NCBI GenBank assembly: GCA_964016885.1
Contig: OZ024753.1
Location: 3,720,001 to 3,784,000, forward strand
DNA length: 64,000 bases
Origin: Eledone cirrhosa
Taxonomy: Eukaryota
Reading direction: 5' to 3'
Shown here one piece after another: positions 1 to 14,907 of this stretch. The translations under genes and the position numbers were made by a program. Position 1 is the first letter of the stretch. The number at the start of each line of letters is the position of its first letter. The notes beneath the pieces are model-generated. The model searched no databases. It worked only from the letters and a program-made list of their open reading frames with translations, and was not told the origin of the DNA.

Positions 1-850
1 CATACATACACATACATACGCATATGTATATATACATACACATACATACGCATATGTATATACATATATACACATACATACGCATATGTATATACATATA
101 TACACATGCATACGCATATGTATATACATATATACACATGCATACGCATATATATACATATATACACATGCATACGCATATATATACATATATACACATG
201 CATATATATACATATATACATACGCATATATATACATATATACATACGCATATATATACATATATACATACGCATATATATACATATATACATACGCATA
301 TATATACATATATACATACGTATACGCATATATATACATATATGCATACGCATATATATATAAACACATACATACGCATATATATATATACATATATACA
401 CATGCTTATATATACATTTATACACATACATACGCATATATATATATACATATATACACATGCTTATATATACATTTATACACATACATACGCATATATA
501 TATATACATATATACACATACATACGCATATATATATACATATATACACATACATACGCATATATATATACATATATACACATACATACGCATATATATA
601 CATATATACACATACATACGCATATATATACATATATACACATATATATACATATACATATATACACATATATATACATATATACACATATATATACATA
701 TATACACATACATACGCATATATATACATATATACACATACATACGCATATATATACATATATACACATACGCATATATGTATATATATATGCGTGTGTG
801 GGGGCGAGTCTTCGTGTGTGTGCGTGCGTATATAAGTATAAATACACATA
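1..850. repeat. Compound (CATA)n/(TA)n microsatellite-derived array
   Basis: Directly visible; units such as catatatacacatacatacg. The YI/HT-rich ORFs here are artefacts. Confidence 0.95.
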
Positions 851-1174
851 GCTTTCCCCCAACTACACGATTTTGATCCGCTGCAGGGTGCAACGGATGC
901 ATACATACATACGCACACACATACATACATAGCCTACCACGTTTCCTTGCATTCATATCTGTGCTATATAAACATGAAAAAGAAAACTGCAGTAACAAAT
1001 GCTGCGTTATACAAAAAAACTATTAGATCTAAAATAAGCAAGAATGAAATTAACTAGGCAAAGATTAAAATGAAAAATACATAAAGCTAAAATGTTGTTA
1101 TTTAGTTCCTGTTGCTTATGACGAAGCAAACAAATAATTAAATGTATTCCAGCCATAACGGACAAGTATCATGA

Positions 1175-1365
1175 TCGAACAACATGCTTCACGACATAGA
1201 GTTACGGTCCTTTACGTTTTGAATTTTAATCCAACCAAGGTTAGCTTTGCCTTTCATCCCTACGGGGTCGATTAAATAAAGTACCAGTAATGTACTGGAG
1301 TCGATGTAATCGACTTTTCCTCCAACAAAAATTGTTGGTATTGTGCCTAAATCAGAAACCATTAT
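1175..1365 (+). mobile_element. tRNA-derived SINE (dominant family), diverged copy
   Basis: Contains ttgcctttcatccctacggggtcgattaaataaagtaccag and the 3' end gtgcctaaatcagaaacc, shared with many copies in the window. Confidence 0.85.
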
Positions 1366-1742
1366 GATATTTTCAGGAATAATATAAAACGGGCTACATT
1401 ATTCTATGTACAAAAGGTTTAGTCATAGTTCAATGATAACCTGTGTAAAATCGAATGTCAATCCCCTCTCTTCTGCGACACCAGAGTTCTTGCCATGCCC
1501 TCCCTTGCCCGTTCTTTTTCTTCTTTCTTTCTCTCTTTTTTTTTTATCTATATTTCCCTATTCTTTCTTTCCTTTTGTTTACCTCCTACTCTGTTGCGCT
1601 GTTAATATTTAAAGGGTATTTCAGCTTCTATTTCTAAGCGGGCGAATGACCGCATGAAAACTATCTTTTAATATACATACATAGGTATGTATATGTTTGT
1701 GTATATATATGTGTGAGTGTAGAGAGAGAGAGAGAGAAATAA

Positions 1743-1775
<33 letters not shown>

Positions 1776-2417
1776 AATATATATATGTATGTATATATAT
1801 ATATATATATATAAATATATATATGTATGTATATATATATATATGTATGTATATATATATATATGTATGTATATATATATATTTATATAAATATATATAT
1901 ATATATATATTTATATAAATATATATATGTATGTATATATATATATTTATATAAATATATATATATATATATATTTATATAAATATATATTTATATAAAT
2001 ATATATATGTATGTATATATATGTATATATACATATATATATACATAATACACTCACACACAGAGACGCGCGTGCTTGTGTGTGTGTATGTATACATTTC
2101 GTGTTTATCTACGAATCCTAGACATTTGGGTTTCAGGTAAATGCAACACAATCGATTGATTTGCACAATGTCGGTTCCCCTCCTGACAGCAGCTCTGTCA
2201 AAACAAGCCAGACATTCCAGAAGTTCAACGACAAACTAATACTATTTACTGACCAGCGGAAACAACCTTGTCATTCACTTGTTGTCCAGATCTTGCCTTG
2301 TCAAAGCAAATGGATAACTTAAGAAAACACTGCCGCCATTTATTTATACATACTTTCATACGTATATGCATATACACAGACATGTATGCGTATGTACATA
2401 AACTCGTCCCCTCGCCC

Positions 2418-2462
<45 letters not shown>

Positions 2463-4494
2463 TTATATATATATATATACATATATATATTTACATATAT
2501 GTATATAAATATTTACACACACACACATGTGTGTGTGTGTGTGTGTTCATGCACAAGTACGTGAAGATATATATACATACGTACGTACACATACATATAT
2601 ATGTACGTATTTAGATTTACACATATACGCAAACCCACATCCTACATCTATATCCACTTTTACGCACACACTATAACACATCTCTCTCTCTCTCTCGGAA
2701 CATAAATACACACTCAAGCTTTAATTTACATATTTTGGTACAAATATACACTCATAAGTTAAATTATGGGATATAAATAAAACTGACTTTCTATATTTGT
2801 ACAATTTGCTAACCAATACATTTTATGGTTGGATATAAGGCAGTATTACAAACCACAAGAAAACAAACTTTCCTGTATTAACCCTCCAAATAACACCCAC
2901 CATGTCTTATATTTTAATCTGAATAACATCATTCCATCTTTTATGATCAGACCATAAATGGTTTGATCTTGTAACCGCTTTCATTATTTTTCGCTTATTT
3001 TGTTATGTTCATGCATAACAAATGAATATGTTTATACACTACAAACGGTGGCATATGTATGTAAAGAAGATAATTTTTGTTTATTTCTAGCGTCTGTGAT
3101 GTCTTTAAATGACATTTACAGTATTGTGTACTGTTTGAAGTGTGATTAAACTGCCATTGTTTAGTGCTACAAATGTTACTGGACTCTAACATTTGTAACA
3201 AACAGTGTTATGATTCATTGTCTTACATTGGGAAAGTCTGGTCAATAAATCTAGGCTGTTCAAACTAGATAGCTTTAAGCTATTAGACAGTTCCTTTACT
3301 GCTTCCTCATACTCTATAATGCGATAGAATGGCAGAAGTTTGGAGACAACCATAATGCGATATAGTGACATTTACTTTTTGAATATCTTTCGGCGAGGCG
3401 TCTGAAATTACAACTGAAATGTAGTACTACATTCACTTCTTTATAGCCTCCCCACACATATATACTTAAAACGATTAGATAGTAAATATAAAACAAAACA
3501 AACAAATGTTATGATAAATCATTGATACAGACTTACACTCTGTGAAAGGTAAATAGAAGCAGATATCAAGGAAACGCTTCTTCTATGAGTAATTCAAATT
3601 TTATTCGCCATTTCGTGTGTATTTTTATGCAATGTAGTCAAAGAATTCACACAATATATTTTCCATTTTCTAATTTGGATATCACGATTCAGACTATGCT
3701 TCACTAATGATATAATAAAACTTAAACATTTCTGAGTTTGATTCCCTTTCATGCCCAAATAAATAATATTGTTGTTTTCTGAGAGCATAATTATTTCTGG
3801 TGAATTTTTAATGCATACTTCATTGAAAATTTTAACACTAAATATACTACTGCTTTTTGGAATGCAGACAGTAACTGAGATTTTATGGTCAAAAACGCAC
3901 GAACAAAGAAGCAACAGGTGTCTTGCAGCAACTAAACATTTCGAAAGGAAAGAGATTAACGTATGGGCTACGACACCAATGGTTCTTCTGAAAGTTAACA
4001 TAACGTAAGATCAAGCATTTATGGTCACTTCACATTGCAAATACTAAACTCACAAGATAATCGATATTTAATACGAAAGAGAGTGTGTGCGGATGCCTTT
4101 GGAGATTAAAAATTCACTTTAAACGTTACAAAAGAAAGAATAATATGCTGAAGGAAATCTGACGAATATAACCGCAGTAAATTATGGAAAGGTTTTAGAA
4201 AGGAGATATTGGGATCGAATCGTAGACGAGCCCGTAAGATCTGCTTATACCTTTAGCGACAGTATCGAGTAGTATTGATAGGTGGGAGAAGGGACATCAA
4301 GTAGTAGATACAAAATATGCAAGTTTCCTCATAAATATTCGTGGAGATTTCGTTTATCAATCTTTCAAAATGTAATTTGTATGTATATGAAGCGTTAAAC
4401 TAATATATATCTTTATTTTATTGCATTGTTTTGCTGTGTTGTTTTCCAGTTACCTTTCGTGTGTGTAAACGTGTATATGTCTATGCCATTCTTA

Positions 4495-4823
4495 CATAGG
4501 TGCCCGAGTGATGTCGGAGGAAGGAGTAACCACAGTCAAATGTAATATTCAATATATTGGCATTTATTATATGTATAAATGCTTTAACGCATAGAGTTAC
4601 GGCCCTTGCCATTCTGAGTTCAAATCCTGCCGAGGTTAACTTTGCCTTTCATCCTTACGGGGTTGATAAAATAAAGTACCAGTAATACACTGCGTAATTT
4701 GCTGGCCTGGTGCCAAAATTAGAAACAATTATATGTATAAATGACTTGTACAAAAGTAGAACTGTTTCTTTCGTAAGAAATCATCATAGGAAAGAAACAG
4801 TTCTAGTCTCCGAGAAGTCATTT

Positions 4824-4867
<44 letters not shown>

Positions 4868-4978
4868 AAATGACTTCTCGGAGACTAGAATTGTTTCATT
4901 CCTATGGTGATTTCTTACGAAAGAAACAGTTCTACTTTTGTACAAGTTATTTATACATATAATTGTTTCTAATTTTGG
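4495..4978 (-). mobile_element. Family A fold-back element (diverged relative of family B) with degenerate hammerhead
   Basis: Tail ggagtaaccacagt...tcaata matches the family B tail. Inverted arms ~4713-4827 and ~4864-4978 flank (TA)n. Contains TTTC-TTAC-GAAA-GAAACAG...TTGTA, with the CUGAUGA core altered. Confidence 0.7.
4582..4727 (+). mobile_element. 5'-truncated tRNA-SINE with target-site duplication
   Basis: B box gttcaaatcc and the family body are present; direct repeat attatatgtataaatg at 4566-4581 and 4728-4743. Confidence 0.9.
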
Positions 4979-5024
4979 AAGAAACTAATTGCAGAAACTA
5001 ATTAGTTGGAGTGAAAATTTAAGT

Positions 5025-5063
<39 letters not shown>

Positions 5064-5253
5064 AAAAATAAAAAATAAAAAATAAAAAAAAAAATTTTAA
5101 ATTTTTTTAAAGAAATATTTTCTTATTTTACGTCTTTTATATTATTGTTCTGCATTCTCCTGCATTGAACCACCTAGGTACTATGACATAACCTGTGTAT
5201 TTGCTAGCATGGGCGTGCATCTGTGCGCTTATGTTAGTTGATATATTAAATTA

Positions 5254-5296
<43 letters not shown>

Positions 5297-5297
<1 letters not shown>

Positions 5298-5558
5298 AAA
5301 ATTAGTGTTTTCCCCAAATGAAAGAAAACGACATGTCCTACACGAGTGAAAGGATAGGGAACAAAGATGAAATCGAAAATGAAACTGGAGTCTTTTTAAG
5401 AATATTTATTTGGTTCCTTTACCGGTCGGCAGTTCTTATGCTTTTCAAAAGTAGAATTGAGATGGAGGGTTTGTGGTTCTCGGATGCGAGAAAAACGACA
5501 AACCCTCCATCTCAATTCTACTTTTGAAAAGCATTTTCGATTTCATCTTTTTTCCTTA
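5297..5558. repeat. (TA)n-flanked fold-back insert of unknown family
   Basis: Inverted arms 5438-5474/5498-5534 and 5363-5381/5533-5550; (TA)n on both sides. Confidence 0.7.
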
Positions 5559-6036
5559 TATATATATATATATATATATATGCGTGCGTGTGTCTGTATG
5601 TATGTGTGAGAGAGAGAGATTTGTAAGTATGGACCAGTAAATTATATAAGAGCTGTACGACACATTCTTGCCAATATTGGGTGATTATATTTTTCAGTTG
5701 ACCATGAACGATATCGATTAAATATAAGAAAAACAATGAAAGGAAATTTAAGTATTGTAGAGAGCAAATAAACAACGTATTGATCTCCAAAATTTAACAT
5801 AAAAATCATGATAGATAACGATCAATAGCAAAAAAGGGAAAGGAGATACATAGGGTGGTGAATTATTATACAAACACGCAAAGATAGAATTGAATGTTAC
5901 CGAATAACAACGATAACCAACAGAAATATATCGTTAATTATAAAATGGTAGGGAATAAAAAAAGGGCAGATTTTAAGAGAGGAACTGCCGCAGTTCTTGT
6001 CGTAAAACGAGCCCTTTTTCATTCCCTAACATTGCG

Positions 6037-6097
<61 letters not shown>

Positions 6098-6529
6098 GAT
6101 ACATACACACATATATATAAACATGTGGCGACATCGTCATTAATTTATAAACAAAACTATCTATTATGACATAAATTATTATTATTCATGCTGGTACTTC
6201 ATATTGTTTTTACAAAAGACATATTCAAACATATCTATCTTTCTATTTACCTAAGTATCTATTTTTATATATATATATATATATATGTGTGTACGCGCGT
6301 GTGTGTGTGTACGTGTGAGAGTGTGTCTGTATGCAATCATATATACACATATGTGTATATATTATAGTTGCTCCTGATATTTCATCGTTTTATCCGCGTT
6401 GCTTTAAACTGAACCTTAGACATATGTCTACATCAGATATTATTACTGAAATTCGAGCCGATAAAGAAGATTCGATTTCTGGCAATGATATATTATCTAT
6501 TTCATAAACTCTTCCGTTCATTTACATCA

Positions 6530-6652
6530 ATATATATATATATATATACATATATACATCTATATATCTATATACATATATACATATATACATATTTATA
6601 CATATATATTATATATATACATATATACATATATATATACATATATATATAC

Positions 6653-6685
<33 letters not shown>

Positions 6686-6971
6686 CATATATATACATAT
6701 ATATTATACATATATATACATATATATTATACATATATATACATATATATTATACATATATATACATATATATTATACATATATATACATATATATTATA
6801 CATATATATACATATATATAATACATATATATACATATATATAATACATATATATATACATATATATATACATATATATACATATATATATACATATATA
6901 TACATATATATATACATATATATATACATATATATACATATATATATACATATATATATACATATATATAC

Positions 6972-7002
<31 letters not shown>

Positions 7003-7045
7003 CATATATATACATATATATACATATATATATACATATATATAC

Positions 7046-7112
<67 letters not shown>

Positions 7113-7123
7113 CATATATATAC

Positions 7124-7156
<33 letters not shown>

Positions 7157-7181
7157 CATATATATACATACATATATATAC

Positions 7182-7214
<33 letters not shown>

Positions 7215-7239
7215 CATATATATACATACATATATATAC

Positions 7240-7294
<55 letters not shown>

Positions 7295-7319
7295 CATATA
7301 TATACATACATATATATAC

Positions 7320-7354
<35 letters not shown>

Positions 7355-7379
7355 CATATATATACATACATATATATAC

Positions 7380-7434
<55 letters not shown>

Positions 7435-7467
7435 CATATATATACATATATATATACATATATATAC

Positions 7468-7518
<51 letters not shown>

Positions 7519-7539
7519 CATATATATACATATATATAC

Positions 7540-7624
<85 letters not shown>

Positions 7625-7783
7625 CATATATATATATACATATATATACATATATATACATACATATATATATATATACATACATATATACATATATACA
7701 TATATACATATACATATACATATATATATATATACATATATATATATACATACATATACATATATATATACATATATATATAC

Positions 7784-7816
<33 letters not shown>

Positions 7817-8068
7817 CATATATATACATATATATATACTTATATATACATATATATATACATATATATACATATACTTATATATACATATATATACATA
7901 TACTTATATATACATATATATATACTTATATATACATATATATACACTTATATATACATATATATATACTTATATATACATATATATATACATATATATA
8001 CATATATATATACATATATATACATATATATATACTTATATATACATATATATATACTTATATATACA

Positions 8069-8122
<54 letters not shown>

Positions 8123-8211
8123 CATATATATATACATATATACATATATATATACATATATATACATATATATATACATATATATATACATATATATATA
8201 CATATATATAC

Positions 8212-8254
<43 letters not shown>

Positions 8255-8265
8255 CATATATATAC

Positions 8266-8314
<49 letters not shown>

Positions 8315-8487
8315 TACATATACATATATACATATATACATATACATATATACATATACATATATACATATACATATATACATATACATATATACATACA
8401 TATATACATATATATATAAATACATATATATATATATATATAAATACATATATATATATATATATATATACATATATATACAAATAC

Positions 8488-8518
<31 letters not shown>

Positions 8519-8551
8519 TATACAAATACATATATATATATATATATACAC

Positions 8552-8600
<49 letters not shown>

Positions 8601-8673
8601 CACATATATACACATATATATACATATATATATATATACATATATATATATACACATATATACACATATATAT

Positions 8674-8714
<41 letters not shown>

Positions 8715-8719
8715 TACAC

Positions 8720-8764
<45 letters not shown>

Positions 8765-8775
8765 TATATACATAT
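6530..8775. repeat. ~2.2 kb (TA)n/(TACA) microsatellite array
   Basis: Directly visible. Confidence 0.97.
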
Positions 8776-9029
8776 TTATGTGTGTGTCTGTGTATACTTA
8801 TATATCTGTGTATAACATATCTACATAAGCGATAAAAAAAGCTATCTCTATATGCGTGTGCTTGAGAGAGGGGAGGGCGAGGCAGTCTGTTATTTTTCTC
8901 TCACACGTATTTTCTTTGATGTTTGTTTGTATCACATTTCTTTATTTTGATCTTGATAGATAAAGAGATATCGATTTCATTTGACTCGATAAAATATCCC
9001 CGACTCACGCACTCACACTTAGGTATGTA

Positions 9030-9076
<47 letters not shown>

Positions 9077-9077
<1 letters not shown>

Positions 9078-9276
9078 GTTATTCCGGGTTGAATCGGAGG
9101 TAACCACAGTAAGTAAGGTACTCAATACATTACAGAGTATACAAGTTTTAATATAGATAAGATTCTACAGGACCAGAACTGTTTCATTCTTTAGAAATCA
9201 TCAGGAATGAGATTCCTGATGATTTCTAAAGAATGAAACAGTTCTAGTCTTGTAGAATCTCATCTATATTAAAACT
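9077..9276 (-). mobile_element. Family B (TA)n-inserted fold-back element (Penelope-like/retrozyme-like)
   Basis: Unique tail 9077-9143, then a ~65 bp inverted repeat (9144-9208/9212-9276). (TA)n on both sides. Near-identical copy at 39649-39866. Confidence 0.85.
9207..9263 (+). ncRNA. Type I hammerhead ribozyme motif (family B)
   Basis: ATGAGATTC-CTGATGA-T TTC TAAA GAA T-GAA-ACAG ttctagtc TTGT-A-GAATCTCAT: stem I, core, stem II, stem III and a GUA cleavage triplet. Confidence 0.8.
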
Positions 9277-9332
9277 ATATATATATATATATGTGTGTGT
9301 GTATATATCTCTCTCTCTTTCTCTCACTCTGT

Positions 9333-9368
<36 letters not shown>

Positions 9369-9495
9369 AAGAGTGTGTGTGTGTATTAGGTACATATATA
9401 CAGACACATATATAAACATACATAAATAATTATATACATATATGTATATATATATATGTTCATAGATACGTTCGTACATATACGCCCACATGTAA

Positions 9496-9531
<36 letters not shown>

Positions 9532-9944
9532 GTGTGTATGTGTGTGCGTGTGCGTGTGTTTACCTGTGTGTATATATGTACGAAGCTATCTATGAACATA
9601 TATATATATGTATATCATTATTTATGTAAGTTTATATATATATATATATATGTGTGTTTTGTGTATATGAGTGTGTGTATATATGTGTGTATGTCTGTGT
9701 CCGAGTGTGTTTAACCTTTTTTTTAAACTGGAAATAGTTAATGTGAGGCTATGATACATACAAGACCATGAATGACTCGAAATGATTGTCATGCACAGTC
9801 GACACAACACCAACAATCCACACATTTATAGTTCATGCTTTTCTCGTCTTTACTATTCAGGTAAACGATAATTATATCAAAATAACCTTCCAAGAGCTAT
9901 ATGAATATATTTATAGATGAAGATTTACAAATGGTAATATCTTC

Positions 9945-10140
9945 TTTTCTACTTCTACTTCTTCCTGAGGGGGTCGTGATGGCAGAGTCCTCAAACACCC
10001 TTCCATCAACCTTATCCAACTGATCCGGATGGATCCCTAAGCGAGGCTTGCCAAGCTCATGGACGCTATCCAACCATCTAGCTTCCGATCTATCCCTAGG
10101 CCTCCTGCTGGTTGGTTGCCCGTAAATTATGTCCAACAAT
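9945..10140 (-). mobile_element. RTE-clade LINE 3' fragment
   Basis: Translation IIYGQPTSRRPRDRSEARWLDSV resembles the RTE ORF C-terminus (G.RPRGRP..RW.D), followed by a short (agaagt) repeat tail. Confidence 0.65.
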
Positions 10141-10386
10141 TATTTCCTAAGGCATTCTAACTACATGTTCATAACATCGAAGCTATGATAAACTCAGTTA
10201 AAAGATAATATATGAATTGTCCTATTAAATTATTCATTGCAGTCAACTCATATATAACTTTTGCGTTAATCTATATAGAGTTTGCCAGCGGTTTCTTCTT
10301 CCAGAATTGTATTACAAGCCTAACAAGAATGTCAGTATATATAAATAAAACTATGAAAAATCTCGGGCAGACAAACACACACCAAA

Positions 10387-10468
<82 letters not shown>

Positions 10469-10472
<4 letters not shown>

Positions 10473-10558
10473 ATGATAATAAATTTGAAGACTAAGATCC
10501 AAAGAGGGCTCGATAAGGAAAATATATATCAAATATATAAGAACCGTAGAGCAAATAT
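10469..10558 (-). mobile_element. Family D element, tail only
   Basis: gtaat..aatttgaagactaagatccaaagagggctcgataagg matches copies at 11138, 26289, 30418 and 52968; lies in (TA)n. Confidence 0.8.
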
Positions 10559-10757
10559 ATATTTATATATATATTTATTTATATATATATATACCCGCTC
10601 AGAAATCCACAAATAAAGTGATTAATTATTACAAGCTATCAAAGACTGGTGAGTGACGAGTGAAGTTTAAAGATCAGGAGGGATAAGATTGGAATACGTG
10701 CTGATCACACACACGTACGTACGTACGTACGTACGTACGTACGTGTGCGTGTGTGCG

Positions 10758-10798
<41 letters not shown>

Positions 10799-11137
10799 TC
10801 AAATAATCTGTTACTCTGGATTTACTACTTAATTGTGTGACCTCTTCCACGAATATTAAGAGACTGGAAGGATATCTGCAGGTTGTGTATTTAGACACCT
10901 GAAGTGCAAATGTTATTCCTTGCAGCTAGTTGTATCTGCTGATCAGGAAATACAACTTGAAAACTAGAATAAAAACAAAAAAAAAAATATTTTCTTCTTT
11001 CTTTCTGTTTGATGAACCAAAGGTCGGTCATACTCAAGAGAATCAGTCCAAATATACCACACCGCTCAATTATATTAATAGTACTGAATAATATTTCTTC
11101 TGTACGTCATGCAAACATATATATCTATCTATCTATA

Positions 11138-11303
11138 TTTATTAAAATAACAGATCAAAGTTTAAGCAAAGAATCGCTGCTTTCACCCTTAAACTTTGAT
11201 CTGTTATTTTAATAAATATTTGCTCTTCGGTTCTTATATATTTGATATATATTTTCCTTATCGAGCCCTGTCTGGATTTTAGTCTTCAATTTTATTATTA
11301 TTA
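11138..11303 (+). mobile_element. Family D fold-back element
   Basis: Inverted arm carrying the hammerhead 3' half (minus strand GGGT GAAAGCA...TGCTT), then sense arm and tail. Confidence 0.8.
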
Positions 11304-11520
11304 CTATCTATCTATATATATATATATGCATATATAAATATATATAGATAGATTGAAAGATATAGATGTATAGATATGTGAAACGCAACCGTGGAAGACC
11401 TCTAATGTCATTAAAGAGAGTCTTTAGGTGAGATGCCGAAATATCTGGTGGAGAACTCTGGCAGTTAATGCTTGATCATGAAGAACTGGATGAACTTAGT
11501 AGTAGTATATATGAGAGCGA

Positions 11521-11555
<35 letters not shown>

Positions 11556-12077
11556 TGAGCATATGTATGTATGTATATAAGAAATATCAACATGAAAATA
11601 TAAAACGGATGAAGGACAGTACAGTAGAATACAATGATGATACGTTAATTTAACGCATGATATAACAGGAAAAGACAGTTGATGTTTCACATGTTAGTCC
11701 TTTATCGGAGGAGAGAATGAGAGAGAAAACAAGATGTTTCGAAAAGAAGTATTAAGAAGACAGACGAGATTTAGGAAAGATAAATAACTGGTAAAACATT
11801 GAAGAAGAAAGAAAGCACATGATGTTGTTTGTCAGCAGTCATCTTGTAAAGTGAGAATTTCAGAATGACTCCATTGAGTTGAAGAGTTATCGGGAAGGAG
11901 ATAAGCATGAAGGAAGCCGGGGAAATATGCGTATCAAACCGTGTCTATTGTTGGTTGGTTATTGTCTATATATTGTTTTCTATGCTCTAGAGTGTCTGCG
12001 CGTAGCAGGTGTTGACAACGGCTGACACGCTAGTTGTGTGTGTGAGAGTGTGTGAGTGTTAGCGAGATATATATATA

Positions 12078-12127
12078 GTGAAAAATGGAACGGGAACAAA
12101 ACAGAGAGGCAGTACGAAAAGGAACAA

Positions 12128-12158
<31 letters not shown>

Positions 12159-12183
12159 GTTTTGTTCCCGTTCCATTTTTCAC
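12078..12183. repeat. Short fold-back in (TA)n
   Basis: 25-bp arms gtgaaaaatggaacgggaacaaaac (12078-12102) and its reverse complement (12159-12183). Confidence 0.8.
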
Positions 12184-12258
12184 TATATATATATATATAT
12201 ATAGTTGAAAAAGACAAACAAAAAGCAGGAGTCAATTGTGCACAGTTGTGGAAGTGGA

Positions 12259-12304
<46 letters not shown>

Positions 12305-12829
12305 TTATCAAGCGTACTCGCACATACAGACATACACGCAGAGACACACAAGTAGAGGTGTTCCTCATTTGTGAGAGGGAGAGAAAGAAAGTGAGGTAAT
12401 AAGAGAAAGAATGGTCGTGAAAGAAAGATATGGGAATTGTTATGTAAACTTGCCAACATACAAATACATACAGCCAGGTAGATAGATAGATTGGCGAATA
12501 AGTTTAAAATTGATAAATTGATTATCGATATATGGATCGATAGCCAAATTGATTGGTACTGGAAAACAGTTATTACGTAAACATATTTATGCCTGTTTGA
12601 ATCGAAACACAAACACACATAGGCTGTTATGAAATTTAGTGAGTGTGTTTATAAGGAATCTTATAAAAACATGTAGCTAAAAGCTAATAAAGGACACGCT
12701 ACGGTTGCAGAGTTTATAAGTTTATCGTATTCATATATAGAAATGTGTGTATGTGCGTATGTGTGTGTTTTTTTTGTGTTTGTTTGTGAGTTAGTATGGT
12801 TGTAGCTGAGTGTGTCTGTGTATACTTAG

Positions 12830-13500
12830 AGTATGGGGTAGATAGACATAGATGAGGAGAGAGATATAGATAGAGAGGAAGCGATTGTGAGAGAGAAAGG
12901 GAGAGAGAGATATAGATAGAGAGGAAGGGATTGTGAGAGAGAGAGAGGGAGAGAGAGATTGGAGAGAGAGATAGATAGGAAGATAGAGAGGGAGAGATAG
13001 GTAGGGAGAGAGAGAGAAATAGGTGGGGAGAGAGAGAGATATAGGAAGAGATAGATATATAGATAGATACGAAGATAGAGAGGGAGAGATAGGTAGGGAA
13101 AGAGGGAGAAATAGGAAGAGATAGGAAGAGAGAGATATATAGGAAGAGATAGATATATAGATAGATACGAAGATAGAGAGGGAGAGATAGGTAGGGAGAG
13201 CGGGAGAAATAGGTAGGAAGAGAGAGATATATAGGAAGAGATATATATTGGAAGAGATAGGAAGAAGAGATAGGAAGATATATATATATATAGGAAGAGA
13301 TAGGAAGATATATATATAGGAAGAGATAGGAAGATATATATATATAGGAAGAGATAGGAAGAGAGAGATATATAGGAAGTGATAGATATATAGATAGGAA
13401 GAGATAGGAAGAGAAAGATATATAGGAAGAGATAGAAAGAGAAAGATATATAGGAAGAGATAGATATATAGATAGGAAGAGAGAGAGACAAAGTGATAGA
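12830..13500. repeat. Purine-rich GA/ATAGGAAGAG low-complexity array
   Basis: Repeated ataggaagag(ag)at units. Confidence 0.9.
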
Positions 13501-14872
13501 GGAAACTGAAGGGTAGACTGGCTGAATCATTGAGAAGATATATAGTGCAGAAAGACGATGCTAGGGTGGTTTTCATAACTAAGAAACGTAATAGTGTTGT
13601 TGTTGTTGTTGTTTTTGGTAGTAAAAGTGGGAAGTTATTGATGGAAGTTAACAAGAGTAATGCTGGGATATGTGACAGGATGTGATCAATGATTGGAATA
13701 TATTATTGTGTGGATATATATCGGTGTGTTTATGTCGAGGGAGATTACTGAATGTGTAAAGAGATATATAAAGAGTAGAGCAACACGAGAATAAAAGACA
13801 GAGAAAGAGACTGGTAGTGTGAGAGAGAAAAAGAGAGACAGAAAGAGAAAAACAGAGGTAGTAAAAATTCAAAACTTGTGCGAGAGAAAGAGACGGAGGG
13901 TATGAAGGGAACAGGGAAGCAGAGAGAGAGAGAGAGAGAGAGGACGAGAGCGACCGAGAAAGAAAAAAGAAATGAAGAGGAAGGAAGAAATGGAGAGTGT
14001 AGAGAAAGAAAGTAAGGGAGAGGATGACGGGCGAAAAGACGGACATAGATATATAGTGGACGTAGTGGAACGTACTATGGAAGAGAGAAATATCTGAAAC
14101 TATAACTTCTTATCAAGGAATATATGAGATATTGAAAGCAGAACTATATATAATTCCCTGGTATGGTAGATACATATGAAATGCATGACCATATAATAGA
14201 ACCTGCACACTCTTTATTATATTTCATGTCATATTATTTGAACATGTGTACTGTCTCGAGGTTTGAAATTGATATTTATGGATTCAATAATGTGCTGCAC
14301 ACCATCATATCAAGTCCTTTAGGGGTATTTAAACGAACGGGTTTTAGTACCCAGTTTAAAGCATATATCATTAAGTACACAATTTATATTGGTAAGCAAG
14401 GCATGAACGCCACACTGAGTTAATATTGGACCCTGTGTCTATGTGAAATATATTCACATGTTCAGATAATAGACAGTAATGCAAATGTTTCGTTACCTAA
14501 GAACAATTTTGATCTGTGTTATCAGGAAAATATGGCCACTCCAGATTTTACTATTATCAACGATGAAATCATTTGATGTATCCTTCTATTCCTAGAAATA
14601 GGAGTCAAATCTCCCTTAGACATGGTATATACAGTATACTGCATTGTCTGTGTTTGTTGCTGCTGAATTTAAGCCCAGAAAAATATCGATTAATATACCA
14701 GTAGATCAAAGACATTTCGTCTTTATAGCAGGGACATCAAATCTAACGTCTCCTTTTCGAAAACATTTTCATACTAAACCGTCTGAAACTGCATTGCTAG
14801 AAGGATATTAAACTGTTCATTTCAAAGTGTATATTTATCGAGAAACATTTGCAACATAATTTTATTATGTGT

Positions 14873-14907
<35 letters not shown>

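Noticed and set aside
24-8835. Long YI/HT/CV-rich ORFs (also at 22-23 kb, 27-28 kb, 47 kb, 55 kb, 62-63 kb)
   Set aside because: Translations of dinucleotide microsatellites, which lack stop codons in several frames.
9830-9866. ttcag|gtaaac recursive-splice-like motif
   Set aside because: Expected by chance in 64 kb; no supporting gene context.
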